DNA of 64,000 nt, taken from positions 64,048 through 128,047 of the forward strand of contig JAIOOW010000003.1 in the NCBI GenBank assembly GCA_021414205.1, written 5' to 3'. The stretch comes from Candidatus Anderseniibacteriota bacterium. Its GTDB lineage: Bacteria; Patescibacteriota; Andersenbacteria; UBA10190. Made by a program: the position numbers and the translations under genes. Below are positions 33,734 to 42,793 of the stretch, one piece after another. Under the pieces are notes generated by a model that saw only the letters and a program-made list of their open reading frames with translations, was not told the DNA's origin and did no database searches. Numbering within the stretch: position 1 is the stretch's first letter; every line of letters begins with the position of its first letter.

Positions 33734-34495
33734 TTAGGTATTATTAGGGATTAAGATTTCTTTGCAAAAGAAATCCCCAAATGGAGTTATGTAAACTTCC
33801 GGCAATTCACGAATTTTTGAGTCTGAGGGCGTAATTCCATATTGAGAGTTTTGATCTGCTTCACGCATAGTCTGAATAATTTTTGTTGCAGGTTCCCTGA
33901 TTACTACAAGTCCATAGTTACCAAGTGCATATAGTTTTGTGAGCCAGGCTCTCTGCTTTTCCTGATCTCGAATTTGATCGATGAATTTTGGTTTATATGG
34001 AATTTGGTTACCAAATCCTTTTTTATACCAAGCTCTGATAGTATCTTCTTGCTTCGCTAGGTCCAGTAAAAGTGTCGCTTCGTCTGTATTAATTTGATCT
34101 AAAACTGTAAGAAATCTTGAATGCCAATCCTCGCGTATTCTAAATTCCGGATCAATAGAATTACCCATAGCATTGAGTATCATTTGTCGTTTTTGTTTTG
34201 AGTTTTCGCGTAAATATTTTTCAATCAAATTCCACACCAGTACCCGCATTGATTCGCTCTCTGATAACATTTTTGTCAGCCTATCGCCATTCTGCTTTAA
34301 ATATTGATCTAATTCTTTTGCTCGATTGCCACTTAAAGCACTGCGAATAGCTATTCCTGTAAATAAGATATTTGCCAAAGCAGTTTGCTGTGTGAGATCA
34401 GGAACCATTACGCCGAGAAATGAAGTAAGTGCTGGTAGCATCTGCTTTGTGATTTCCAGGGCATTTTTCTTATCCCTTTCTGCGCTATTGTTCAT
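33734..34495 (-). CDS. Hypothetical protein, Abi-alpha/DUF4393-like
   Basis: FLTVLDQINTDEATLL, LYALGNYGLV and YITPFGDFF resemble the Abi-alpha winged-helix pattern; SD AAGGA. Confidence 0.55.
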   Translation of the reverse strand: MNNSAERDKKNALEITKQMLPALTSFLGVMVPDLTQQTALANILFTGIAIRSALSGNRAKELDQYLKQNGDRLTKMLSESESMRVLVWNLIEKYLRENSKQKRQMILNAMGNSIDPEFRIREDWHSRFLTVLDQINTDEATLLLDLAKQEDTIRAWYKKGFGNQIPYKPKFIDQIRDQEKQRAWLTKLYALGNYGLVVIREPATKIIQTMREADQNSQYGITPSDSKIRELPEVYITPFGDFFCKEILIPNNT

Positions 34496-34527
34496 TTTTC
34501 CTTTGACAAGTTATTACCTAATATTTT

Positions 34528-34977
34528 TTAGTTATGAATTTTAATTGATGTTTCGAACGGAATCTCGGTTAGGGTTTTATATTTTTCCATGTCATGGCTT
34601 TTTAGCTTGATACGAAAGACGTAGTCACTACTTACTTTGTTAACTGCTAAGCCATTAATCTTAAATCGTGCACGCAACCTTTTCATTCCCTTGGGCATTT
34701 TTACTTCTTGCTTAAAACTATTCAGTACCTGCCCTTTTGAGTCGCAAAATTCTATTATATTATCACCGGATGTATTTTTTAGAGGATCCGTGTTCTCGAA
34801 AAAGCTTACAATCTCAAAGTTAATAGGAATATTGATTCTTTCTGGTTCGGGTAATTGGGGATTCTCTATTTTTATTTCTATATCAATTCGTTCAAGAATA
34901 TCAAATAGGGTGATGTTGTTAGTATCGCTATCTATTACTGACTTCTGACAAAGAACTGACCAAATGTGTTTAATCAT
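34528..34977 (-). CDS. DUF6941-like all-beta protein
   Basis: VLCQKSVIDSDTNNITLFDILERI N-terminus and alternating beta-strand pattern. Confidence 0.6.
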   Translation of the reverse strand: MIKHIWSVLCQKSVIDSDTNNITLFDILERIDIEIKIENPQLPEPERINIPINFEIVSFFENTDPLKNTSGDNIIEFCDSKGQVLNSFKQEVKMPKGMKRLRARFKINGLAVNKVSSDYVFRIKLKSHDMEKYKTLTEIPFETSIKIHN

Positions 34978-34979
34978 AT

Positions 34980-35408
34980 TTACAAAGAAGCTATTTTAAA
35001 TGATTGAGTATTTTCTGCTCTTTTTTTAAAAAACAATCTAAGAGAGGTATTAGGAATGTTTCTTTCCGTTTCTGCAACTATTGCTATTGCCTCATTAATT
35101 ACTGAGGAGCCACGAGAGCTAATGCTTAATGTTCTTCTTTCTGTTTCAAGAAAGGAGAAGCGAGGAGGAATTAGGGTTGTGCTTAGCGCTAACGCTATTC
35201 TCTCTAGAAATCTTAGGGTTGGTAAAGAAGCTCCGTTTTCAATTCGTGCAATGCTGGGTTGTTTAGTTCCCGTTCTCTTTGCTAGTTCTGTCTGAGTGAG
35301 TCCTTTTGCAATGCGAGCTTCGATTATGAGTCGAGCAATATCTTCAGAAAGATCGATATTTGAGGGGGTATTTCCTAATAATTGTTTTTTTAGTAATGAT
35401 AGTTTCAT
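34980..35408 (-). CDS. XRE/HTH_3 antitoxin (HigA-like) with C-terminal extension
   Basis: ARIAKGLTQTELAKRTGTKQPSIARIENG..PTLRFLERIA; follows the toxin gene. Confidence 0.88.
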   Translation of the reverse strand: MKLSLLKKQLLGNTPSNIDLSEDIARLIIEARIAKGLTQTELAKRTGTKQPSIARIENGASLPTLRFLERIALALSTTLIPPRFSFLETERRTLSISSRGSSVINEAIAIVAETERNIPNTSLRLFFKKRAENTQSFKIASL

Positions 35409-35413
35409 ATAAA

Positions 35414-35761
35414 TTATTTAAAGTATATTGTTTTATATCGTTTTTCCGCTTTTTTGAGTTCTTTTGGTGGAATTCCTCGAGTTTTTTTCATAAAGCCGTG
35501 GAGTATGTGATAAGTATTGACGGCGTCCTTGGTGAAGAAGAATCGGTAGGAACATTTATTTTTAATATATCTAATGTAGAAAAGTGCTTTATGGGGTTTA
35601 ATCTTTTCCACCACTCTGGACTGCAAGTGTTGCGCCAGGCCCCTACTGTCGATTTGTTCAAAGAGCCAGAAGAATCGCTCTTGCGCCTCTCTTGGTTGCT
35701 TCTCAAGGAAAAGTCGTACGTCGCTTTTCCCAGAAGCGTGTTTCCAGAAACGTATATCCAT
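35414..35761 (-). CDS. RelE/ParE superfamily toxin (HigB/Gp49-like)
   Basis: SGKSDVRLFL, YRFFF, ILHGFMKKTRGIPPKELKKAEKR. Confidence 0.88.
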   Translation of the reverse strand: MDIRFWKHASGKSDVRLFLEKQPREAQERFFWLFEQIDSRGLAQHLQSRVVEKIKPHKALFYIRYIKNKCSYRFFFTKDAVNTYHILHGFMKKTRGIPPKELKKAEKRYKTIYFK

Positions 35762-35780
35762 TCCCTTGTCTTCATGAGTA

Positions 35781-35829
35781 AATATATAACATATATGTTA
35801 TATATTAACAGCTGTTTTTGGTATGTCAA
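35781..35829 (-). promoter_or_regulatory. TA operon promoter with perfect 26-bp palindromic operator
   Basis: TTGACA(35829-35824)-16-TAATAT; AATATATAACATATATGTTATATATT at 35781-35806. Confidence 0.75.
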
Positions 35830-35863
35830 CAGGATTATTCTTCCATCTCAATCAGATTGTTAC

Positions 35864-37108
35864 TTATTCAAACCTCAACGCCTCGATCGGATCTTTTGCA
35901 GCAGCTTTACGTGCGGGATACAGGCCGAAAATGAGCCCGATGGCTGTAGATACCCCAACACCCAGTACGATCGCTCCTAGGGGCAATGTAAACGGCCAGG
36001 CGAGGGCAAAATATGTTTGCGCCACAAAGCTGACTAATGCGGAAATCGTAATTGCGATCAGTGTGCCTAATAATCCCCCGGCGAACGTGAGGATAATAGC
36101 TTCAATCATGAATTGCATGAGAATATTTTTATTTGTTGCACCCAGCGCTTTGCGCAGCCCGATTTCTTGGGTGCGTTCCGTTACTGAAACGAGCATAATA
36201 TTCATAATTCCAATTCCGCCGACCATAAGAGAGATGGATGCGATGGCTACGAGAAATATTGTCAGTACTTGGGTAACCGTACTCACAGTGGCAACAATTG
36301 TTTTTTGCGTAACAACGAAAAAGTCGTCCTTGGTTGGATCGGTAATATTGTGTGATTCTCTTAGTGTTGCAGTAATGTCTGCCGCCACCTGGTCTACGTT
36401 TGCTTCTGGTTTTGCGCGCAAGAAAATTTCGTGGAAATAATCTATTCCAAGCAGTGTTTTTTGCGCAGTACTGTATGGAATCAGTCCGATATCATCCACA
36501 TTGAACGCAGTTACTTGTCCTTTTGCGGGCAATATTCCTACTACTTGCAGCTTTTGTCCGTGAACAGTCACGAATTGCCCGAGCGCATCAGAATCTCCGA
36601 ACAATTCTTGTTTTACTTTGCTGCCGATGACGATTACTTTTGCGTAGCTCTTCACATCGTCTTGCGTGAAAAATGATCCTTGCTCCGGATATACATTAAA
36701 TACCTCGCCCAACGCATTCGGAGTCCAGCCTAGCACGGTTGCGTGGTACACGGAGTTTTGATATCCGATAGCCCCGGGGACCAGCACGGCTGGGTCGGCT
36801 GCCTGCAAATCAGGAACGTTGATTGGTTTTAACAGTGCATCGATATCTTTTTGTTTAAGAGAATCAGTAAGTAGTGTTTCTGCTGCATCGCTTGGCTGGG
36901 TCGGCTGCCTGCCTGGGCGTAAAATAATGGTATTCGATCCGATGCTTTGTACTTGGCTTAAAATTAAATTCTGCGCGCCCTGGCCGAGCGATATCACTAG
37001 CACAATTGCCATAACGCCGATCACAATACCGAGAATGGTAAGGAGTGACCGTGCCCAGTTTGCTCGCAGGGCTCGAACGGATGTCTTAATTGTTGAAGGG
37101 AGATTCAT
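35864..37108 (-). CDS. MacB-like ABC transporter permease
   Basis: RSLLTILGIVIGV, GGIGIMNIMLVSVTERTQEIGLRKALGA, DPIEALR. Confidence 0.94.
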   Translation of the reverse strand: MNLPSTIKTSVRALRANWARSLLTILGIVIGVMAIVLVISLGQGAQNLILSQVQSIGSNTIILRPGRQPTQPSDAAETLLTDSLKQKDIDALLKPINVPDLQAADPAVLVPGAIGYQNSVYHATVLGWTPNALGEVFNVYPEQGSFFTQDDVKSYAKVIVIGSKVKQELFGDSDALGQFVTVHGQKLQVVGILPAKGQVTAFNVDDIGLIPYSTAQKTLLGIDYFHEIFLRAKPEANVDQVAADITATLRESHNITDPTKDDFFVVTQKTIVATVSTVTQVLTIFLVAIASISLMVGGIGIMNIMLVSVTERTQEIGLRKALGATNKNILMQFMIEAIILTFAGGLLGTLIAITISALVSFVAQTYFALAWPFTLPLGAIVLGVGVSTAIGLIFGLYPARKAAAKDPIEALRFE

Positions 37109-37812
37109 TTTGCGTAGTGGGTGTGAGGAGCCGTTACGTTTTTATCGCTGGAAATAAGTCCGTCTGTGATCGTAATAATGCGATTCGCATAATCAGCAGC
37201 GGCAGTTTCGTGCGTAATGACGATAATCGTCTTTCCTTGATGATGAAGCTTCTCAATAGTATTCATTACCGTAGCCCCCGTTTTTGAATCGAGATTCCCA
37301 GTTGGCTCGTCTGCAAAAATAACTTTTGGATCGTTAACCAGTGCGCGGGCGATTGCAACGCGCTGACGCTCCCCTCCAGATAGTTGGCTGGGGAGATGGT
37401 CGAGTCGATGCGATAGCTCTACATGCTCAAGTGCGATCTTTGCTTTTTGCGCATATTCTTTTTTAGGTACATCAGAGTAATACAGCGGCAGCATGACGTT
37501 TTCTAATACCGTAGTTCGTTTCAATAAATGGAATGCTTGGAATACGAAGCCGATATATTTATTTCGAATTCGAGCGCGGGCAGGGTCATCGAGCATGGAT
37601 GTATCCTGGGAATTAAAAAGATACGAACCGGTTGTTTGCCTGTCTAATAAGCCTAGAATATGAAGAAGAGTAGATTTGCCAGAACCGGAAGGTCCCATAA
37701 TAGACACGAATTCTCCTTCTTGAATGGAAAATGAAATTCCGTGAAGTACGGGCGTGAGCGTTCCTTCGCTTTCGTAACTCTTCGTAATATTCTCGAGCTG
37801 AATAAGCGCCAT
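37105..37812 (-). CDS. ABC transporter ATP-binding protein (MacB/LolD-like)
   Basis: GPSGSGKST, LSGGERQRVAIAR, ADEPTGNLD. Confidence 0.95.
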   Translation of the reverse strand: MALIQLENITKSYESEGTLTPVLHGISFSIQEGEFVSIMGPSGSGKSTLLHILGLLDRQTTGSYLFNSQDTSMLDDPARARIRNKYIGFVFQAFHLLKRTTVLENVMLPLYYSDVPKKEYAQKAKIALEHVELSHRLDHLPSQLSGGERQRVAIARALVNDPKVIFADEPTGNLDSKTGATVMNTIEKLHHQGKTIIVITHETAAADYANRIITITDGLISSDKNVTAPHTHYAK

Positions 37813-37815
37813 GGC

Positions 37816-39087
37816 TTACGGGGTTACAAGTACGTCCCCTTCGTGTACGCCGGAAGTGATTTCTTCTAATCCATCGCTCCCAAGCAATCCTGTTGCGACC
37901 TCAACCTCGCTCGTTTGCTTTGGTCCTGTTTGCTTGGTGACATATGTTTTTCCGGACTTTGTAATAATGGCCCGTCGCGGTACGGCGATAACATGATCCT
38001 TTTTGTCTACGTGAACAATGACGTTTGCTGTAATTCCGGATCGAAGCGCCGAGTTCTGAGAAGTAAGTGCGACGATAATATGAAACGTAGGCACTCCTTG
38101 GATTTGTTTCGCTGCAGGATAGATTTGCGACACGATGGCGCCCAACGCTTCCTGAGAAGCTAATGCATCGAAGCTTACGGATGCAGGAAGATTTTGTGAA
38201 ATGGTAAGGGCATCTGTTTCCGGAACATCCGCACTGATTTGCAGGTCGTTTGTTTGCGCGACTGTTACAACTGCGCTCCCTGCTGCCGCAAATTCTCCAA
38301 TGTCGAAATTCTTCTGAGTCACAACTCCGCTAAATGGTGCTCTGAGTATGCTTTTTGCTGCGTTGATTTGAGAAATTTTTGTAAGGGCATCTAATGATGA
38401 TAATCCGGCTGTATCTTGAGACGCTTGTTGCGTACTGATGTACTGCGCATAGGCAGAGGCTACCGCATGCTTTGCGGTATCGTTGGACGTCTTCACGCTT
38501 GCTTGTGCACTGGCAAGAGCTTTTTGTGCAGCATTATATGCCGTTTGGTTAGCCACTACTCCTGTCTGTACTGCAAGAGTGGCGTAGTCTTGGCTTTGAG
38601 TCTCGGATTGCTTTTGAGCATACACATTGCTTGATTGCTGAAGAGCAGCATTCGCGTCTCTGACTGCCTGCTTTTTTGCATCAAGCGATTTCGCATTTTC
38701 TGCATTCGTATCTTGTTGCGTTTGCAAGGCGTTTTGCCAGGCCGTATATGCAACAGAAGCTGCGCTCGCCTTGTCTGCCTGAGCTTTTGCAATTTGAAGC
38801 GATGCGCTTTCAGGATCAAGGCTTGCAATAATCTGGCCCTTTTGAACGGTATCTCCTACCTTCACGAAGATATTTTTAATACTCCCAGATACTTCGAATG
38901 CCATATTTGCCGACTGAACGGATTCGGTATTCCCGGTAAATGAAATATCCTTTACCACTGTTTGGTAGGATGCCGTGATTGTTTTTACCGGTTTAGCCCC
39001 CACTCCTGCCTGAATACGCCATCCGATAAATCCAATAATAATCAGAAGAATCGCCGTCGGAATACCTATTTTTACCCATGTTTTCAT
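37816..39087 (-). CDS. Periplasmic adaptor / membrane fusion protein (MacA/HlyD-like)
   Basis: N-terminal TM, VKVGDTVQKGQ, coiled hairpin, LRAPFSGVV, LRSGITA. Confidence 0.9.
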   Translation of the reverse strand: MKTWVKIGIPTAILLIIIGFIGWRIQAGVGAKPVKTITASYQTVVKDISFTGNTESVQSANMAFEVSGSIKNIFVKVGDTVQKGQIIASLDPESASLQIAKAQADKASAASVAYTAWQNALQTQQDTNAENAKSLDAKKQAVRDANAALQQSSNVYAQKQSETQSQDYATLAVQTGVVANQTAYNAAQKALASAQASVKTSNDTAKHAVASAYAQYISTQQASQDTAGLSSLDALTKISQINAAKSILRAPFSGVVTQKNFDIGEFAAAGSAVVTVAQTNDLQISADVPETDALTISQNLPASVSFDALASQEALGAIVSQIYPAAKQIQGVPTFHIIVALTSQNSALRSGITANVIVHVDKKDHVIAVPRRAIITKSGKTYVTKQTGPKQTSEVEVATGLLGSDGLEEITSGVHEGDVLVTP

Positions 39088-39143
39088 CTGTTAAATTGTA
39101 ACACCAATTCGCTTTTTTGGCTTAAATATGCATAAATAGGCGT

Positions 39144-40091
39144 ATGGTACAGGCGCATATAATCAAAGAACAGCAAGCTGGGCAACGCCTGGATGTTTTT
39201 TGCACGGGCATTTTGACGGGAATGTCTCGCTCCGCAATCCAGCGCCTTATTAAAGAACAGCAGATTTTGATTAATGGTCTGGAAACAAGGGCGAAGGTTA
39301 TTTTGAAAGCTGGGGATAAAGTTGAATTCAGCCTCCCAGAGGCCCAGGAGCCTGTAGAAGAGGAGAGGAAAGACATTCGCCTGCATGTTCTCTACGAAGA
39401 TCGAGATGTTGTTGTAGTAGATAAGCCAGCCGGTATTGCGGTGCATCATGGAGTTGGCCTTACAGCTGGTACAGTGGCGGATTGGTTTGCTGAGCATTAT
39501 CCAGAAGCGAAAAACGTTGGCGAGAAAGAAGGTAGGGCGGGTATAATTCATCGATTAGATAAAGATACGAGCGGAGTGTTGATTTTGGCGAAAAATGATC
39601 AGGCATTGGAAAAACTCAAGAAGCAATTTTACGAGAGGAAAGCAAAAAAAGAATATATTGCGCTCGTATTTGAGGTTCCTGGAGGCAAAGAAGGTCGTAT
39701 TACCAAATCAATAGGCCGAAGTAGGAGGAATCCTATGCGCCGAGCAGTAGACGAAAACGGCAAAGAGTCCGCAACGGAATGGAAAATCGAACGTCGGTTC
39801 GGAGAAAAATTTGCATTGCTCAGAGTATTTCCGTTTACTGGCAGAACGCATCAGATCAGGGTTCATTTGCATCACCTTGGATATCCTATTGTTGGAGACC
39901 ATCTGTATACATTTAAAAGGCAAAAACCGCCCATTGGTGTAAAGCGACAACTATTGCATGCTGAAAAATTAACTATTATGTTGCCAAACGAGAAGATAAA
40001 GACATTTGTTGCGCCTCTTGCTGATGACTTTGCCCAAGTAGTGAATATGCTATCTGAAATGAAATGGCCGAAGAAAGTAATAAAACAATAA
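39144..40091 (+). CDS. rluD: RluA/RluD family pseudouridine synthase
   Basis: S4-like N-terminus, DKPAG, HRLDKDTSG, GRTHQIRVH. Confidence 0.9.
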   Translation: MVQAHIIKEQQAGQRLDVFCTGILTGMSRSAIQRLIKEQQILINGLETRAKVILKAGDKVEFSLPEAQEPVEEERKDIRLHVLYEDRDVVVVDKPAGIAVHHGVGLTAGTVADWFAEHYPEAKNVGEKEGRAGIIHRLDKDTSGVLILAKNDQALEKLKKQFYERKAKKEYIALVFEVPGGKEGRITKSIGRSRRNPMRRAVDENGKESATEWKIERRFGEKFALLRVFPFTGRTHQIRVHLHHLGYPIVGDHLYTFKRQKPPIGVKRQLLHAEKLTIMLPNEKIKTFVAPLADDFAQVVNMLSEMKWPKKVIKQ

Positions 40092-40309
40092 ATTTAGAAG
40101 GATTCAGTCGTATTGAGCGGGACGATCGCCTTTTGGATGTGTTCCCAAAAGAATCGATTGAAAAAGGCATTGAGCTATGGGAAAAATGGACCGATACGGA
40201 AGTGGAAATAATTCGTATTCATGATACTCAAAACATCACGAAGTACGTATTTTTGCGCGAGCGCATAGAGAACGCCTTACGAGGAAATATCATATTGTCT
40301 CTAGAGTAG
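40064..40309 (+). CDS. Small hypothetical protein
   Basis: 81-aa ORF with protein-like composition filling the gap between rluD and tRNA-Leu. Confidence 0.45.
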   Translation: MAEESNKTINLEGFSRIERDDRLLDVFPKESIEKGIELWEKWTDTEVEIIRIHDTQNITKYVFLRERIENALRGNIILSLE

Positions 40310-40392
40310 TGCCCGAGGCGGGACTCGAACCCGCAAGCCATTGCTGGCAAAGGATTTTAAGTCCTTCGCGTATACCATTCCGCCACCCGGGC
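40310..40392 (-). tRNA. tRNA-Leu(TAA)
   Basis: AAGGA-CT-TAA-AA-TCCTT anticodon arm, variable arm. Confidence 0.95.
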
Positions 40393-40409
40393 ATATATTC
40401 AATTGTACG

Positions 40410-40481
40410 AGGCCATGACCGGAATCGAACCGGTGTATAAGGGTTTTGCAGACCCATGCCTTACCACTTGGCGACATGGCC
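40410..40481 (-). tRNA. tRNA-Cys(GCA)
   Basis: GGCCATG acceptor stem, anticodon loop CT-GCA-AA, U73. Confidence 0.95.
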
Positions 40482-40502
40482 GTATACATGTTCTACCAAA
40501 CA

Positions 40503-40527
40503 AATACCCGCTTGTATAGCGGGTATT
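40503..40527 (-). terminator. Terminator after rplS
   Basis: AATACCCGCT-N5-AGCGGGTATT. Confidence 0.6.
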
Positions 40528-40532
40528 GGGGG

Positions 40533-41000
40533 TTATTCTGCCGTTTCTTCTGGTACTGCTTCAGCTTTTGCTGCTTTTGCAGACTCTTCTTCTGCTTTAT
40601 CGGATGCTTCTTTTGCTAATCGCTTTTTATCAGATTCTTCTTTTACGTGGCGTTGCATTGCAAGTTCGTCCTCCTTTACGCGGCGTCGACCTTCTTGGCG
40701 AAGGTAGTTTAATTGCGCTCGGCGAACCTTCTGGCGCTTTACGATTTCGATATTGGTAATAAGCGGGCTGTACAGTGGGAATACGCGTTCAACGGCGAAT
40801 TTACCTGTTTCTCGGCGAACGGTAAATGACGTAGACGGGCCGCTCCCTTTGATTCCAAGAACAGTTCCTTCAAATGCCTGAATTCGAGTCTTGTCTCCTT
40901 CAACCACCTTTGTGCCAATGCGAACAATGTCGCCAGCGCGTAGAATGGGGCGATCAACACCCTCGATTTGCTTCAATTCAAATAAACGTAATGCATCCAT
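40533..41000 (-). CDS. rplS: 50S ribosomal protein L19
   Basis: EGDKTRIQAFEG, VERVFPLYSP, VRRAQLNYLR. Confidence 0.96.
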   Translation of the reverse strand: MDALRLFELKQIEGVDRPILRAGDIVRIGTKVVEGDKTRIQAFEGTVLGIKGSGPSTSFTVRRETGKFAVERVFPLYSPLITNIEIVKRQKVRRAQLNYLRQEGRRRVKEDELAMQRHVKEESDKKRLAKEASDKAEEESAKAAKAEAVPEETAE

Positions 41001-41047
41001 AGATAGGGGGTATTATTACGGATCCCCTAATAAAAGTCAATTATTCT

Positions 41048-41527
41048 TCAAAGGGATTCGATTTTTGCGTATACTTGCCGCACCCCGAATGCCTGTGCTT
41101 GTTCAAGGGTGGGCATCCAAATATCCAGTATCATCACATGGTCATATCTGTTGTTCATCCTGTCCTCTACGGTGTATAGGTCAGATCCAATGCGAATTTT
41201 TGTACCTATTGGCAAGATGTTTGTTGCGATAATCCCTTGATGGGCCGTTGTTCCGCTGGCAGTAATAAAGGGTGATGCGTCCGTGAGGTTTGCGTCTGAA
41301 GTGTAGGCAGTAGCCCATATATGTAATGTCAGGCCATTACGGAGAGGAGTGATTTCTTGAAGGTCTGACGCATTGGAAATAACTCGTTCAAATATGAGGT
41401 CCTGGGTTGAAAGCTGAGAGCTAAATGCTAATGCAGGGCCAGGGTATGCCAGCTCAGTTACGAGTACGAGGACGGGGATGAATTGCAATACTTGAACAAC
41501 AATAGTGTTTATGTTTGTGTGTTTCAT
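41048..41527 (-). CDS. 3D-domain cell-wall protein
   Basis: ATAYTS..TDASPFITASG, LPIGTK, VEDRMN, DIW. Confidence 0.88.
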   Translation of the reverse strand: MKHTNINTIVVQVLQFIPVLVLVTELAYPGPALAFSSQLSTQDLIFERVISNASDLQEITPLRNGLTLHIWATAYTSDANLTDASPFITASGTTAHQGIIATNILPIGTKIRIGSDLYTVEDRMNNRYDHVMILDIWMPTLEQAQAFGVRQVYAKIESL

Positions 41528-41569
41528 TTATTATGTTCATAATAGCATAAAAATATGTTTCAGTCAAAA

Positions 41570-41600
41570 TAAAACACCCCGCTTAACGCGGGGTGTTTTA
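41570..41600. terminator. Bidirectional terminator
   Basis: TAAAACACCCCGC-TTAAC-GCGGGGTGTTTTA. Confidence 0.65.
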
Positions 41601-41616
41601 TGCATTTATGTTGTTG

Positions 41617-42234
41617 TTATAATACTTCGATTCGAACTTTTCCAAGACCGCCGTTCATTCCAATTGCAGTCTTTGTTCCGATCGTAAGGTCTGCTACTCG
41701 GTTACCGTACTTGTCTTGGTAGAATCCGCCAGTGTCCGTAATTCGAACCACAACAGATTTTCCATTTGCAAGGTTGGTAACTCGTGCTTGGTACCCAACG
41801 AGATTGCTCTTATCGGCACCGATCGCCATTGTTAAAGCGTTGTCATCTAGCTGCTCTCCATTTGCCATTACGAATAATGGGTTACATCCAAGGCACCCTG
41901 CTTTACTGTAGTAGCTTGCCATACCCTCCATTACAAGGTTTGATCCAGATTTGAATTGTGGTTTTGCCACAGGCTTTACCGTCTTTACTTCCCAAGTTCC
42001 GGCATCGGTAACGGGAGATCCGGAAGACATAACTGTTCCAGACATGTACCCGTATGATAATTCTGGAGTTTTATCTGGGATAGAAATAACGGGGGTGATT
42101 TCGGCAGGAAGACTGAATGCAAGCGCATTGTGAGTCGTGAACGTAGCAATGATCGCAATTGCGATAGTCTTTATTGCTGTATTAAGAGTGGTGTTTGTAA
42201 GGTTTTTGTGTCTCAATGTTGCGAATGAACGCAT
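41617..42234 (-). CDS. RlpA-like double-psi beta-barrel (lytic transglycosylase-like) protein
   Basis: Signal peptide; GMASYY, MANGE, VTNLANGKSVVVRITDTG, VADLT. Confidence 0.85.
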   Translation of the reverse strand: MRSFATLRHKNLTNTTLNTAIKTIAIAIIATFTTHNALAFSLPAEITPVISIPDKTPELSYGYMSGTVMSSGSPVTDAGTWEVKTVKPVAKPQFKSGSNLVMEGMASYYSKAGCLGCNPLFVMANGEQLDDNALTMAIGADKSNLVGYQARVTNLANGKSVVVRITDTGGFYQDKYGNRVADLTIGTKTAIGMNGGLGKVRIEVL

Positions 42235-42254
42235 AGAAGAGACTTATGGGTAAA

Positions 42255-42361
42255 CCTCACGCTTTTCGTGGGATTGGCCGAAATCAGGCCAACAAAAAAG
42301 CCTAATAGAATGAATCTATTAGGCCAACGGAGCACTATAGCACAACCACGAAAAATGTCAA
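42255..42361 (-). promoter_or_regulatory. Promoter and three-hairpin structured leader
   Basis: TTGACA(42361)-16-TATAGT(42339); hairpins at 42300-42324 (+U6), 42274-42292 and 42255-42273. Confidence 0.55.
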
Positions 42362-42410
42362 GCAATATATGCTCGATTTCGTCAAATATAGGTAATTTAT
42401 GGCTTTATTG

Positions 42411-42482
42411 AGCGGGTAACGGGAGTCGAACCCGTGTCTCCTGATTGGCAACCAGGTGTAATAGCCACTATACGATACCCGC
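42411..42482 (-). tRNA. tRNA-Gly(GCC)
   Basis: Cloverleaf, anticodon loop TT-GCC-AA. Confidence 0.95.
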
Positions 42483-42494
42483 GTATCTACTATG

Positions 42495-42566
42495 TGCCGC
42501 GGGACAGAATCGAACTGTCGACGCCAGCCTCTTCAGGGCTGCGCTCTACCACTGAGCTACCGCGGC
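42495..42566 (-). tRNA. tRNA-Phe(GAA)
   Basis: CAGCC-CT-GAA-GA-GGCTG anticodon arm. Confidence 0.95.
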
Positions 42567-42581
42567 ATGTATACAATTGTG

Positions 42582-42653
42582 TGGGCGATGAGGGATTCGA
42601 ACCCCCGACCTTTTCGGTGTAAACGAATTGCTCTACCACTGAGCTAATCGCCC
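42582..42653 (-). tRNA. tRNA-Val(TAC)
   Basis: Cloverleaf, anticodon loop TT-TAC-AC. Confidence 0.94.
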
Positions 42654-42669
42654 TTGTATAAGTATACAG

Positions 42670-42753
42670 TGCTCAGAACAGGACTTGAACCTGCACGGGA
42701 TTGCTCCCATAGCCACCTCAAGGCTACGCGTATACCAATTCCGCCATCTGAGC
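42670..42753 (-). tRNA. tRNA-Leu(GAG)
   Basis: TAGCC-TT-GAG-GT-GGCTA anticodon arm, variable arm. Confidence 0.95.
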
Positions 42754-42793
42754 GTATAGCTAGAATAGGGGTTTTTTGCGTTGTAGGCAAGTA

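Noticed and set aside
34503-34535. Plus-strand TTGACA as an antisense promoter within the islet
   Set aside because: No acceptable -10 hexamer lies 16-18 nt downstream
33702-35863. Integrative element or prophage call for the TA islet
   Set aside because: No integrase is present and I saw no duplicated tRNA 3' end at the far boundary; reported only as an islet
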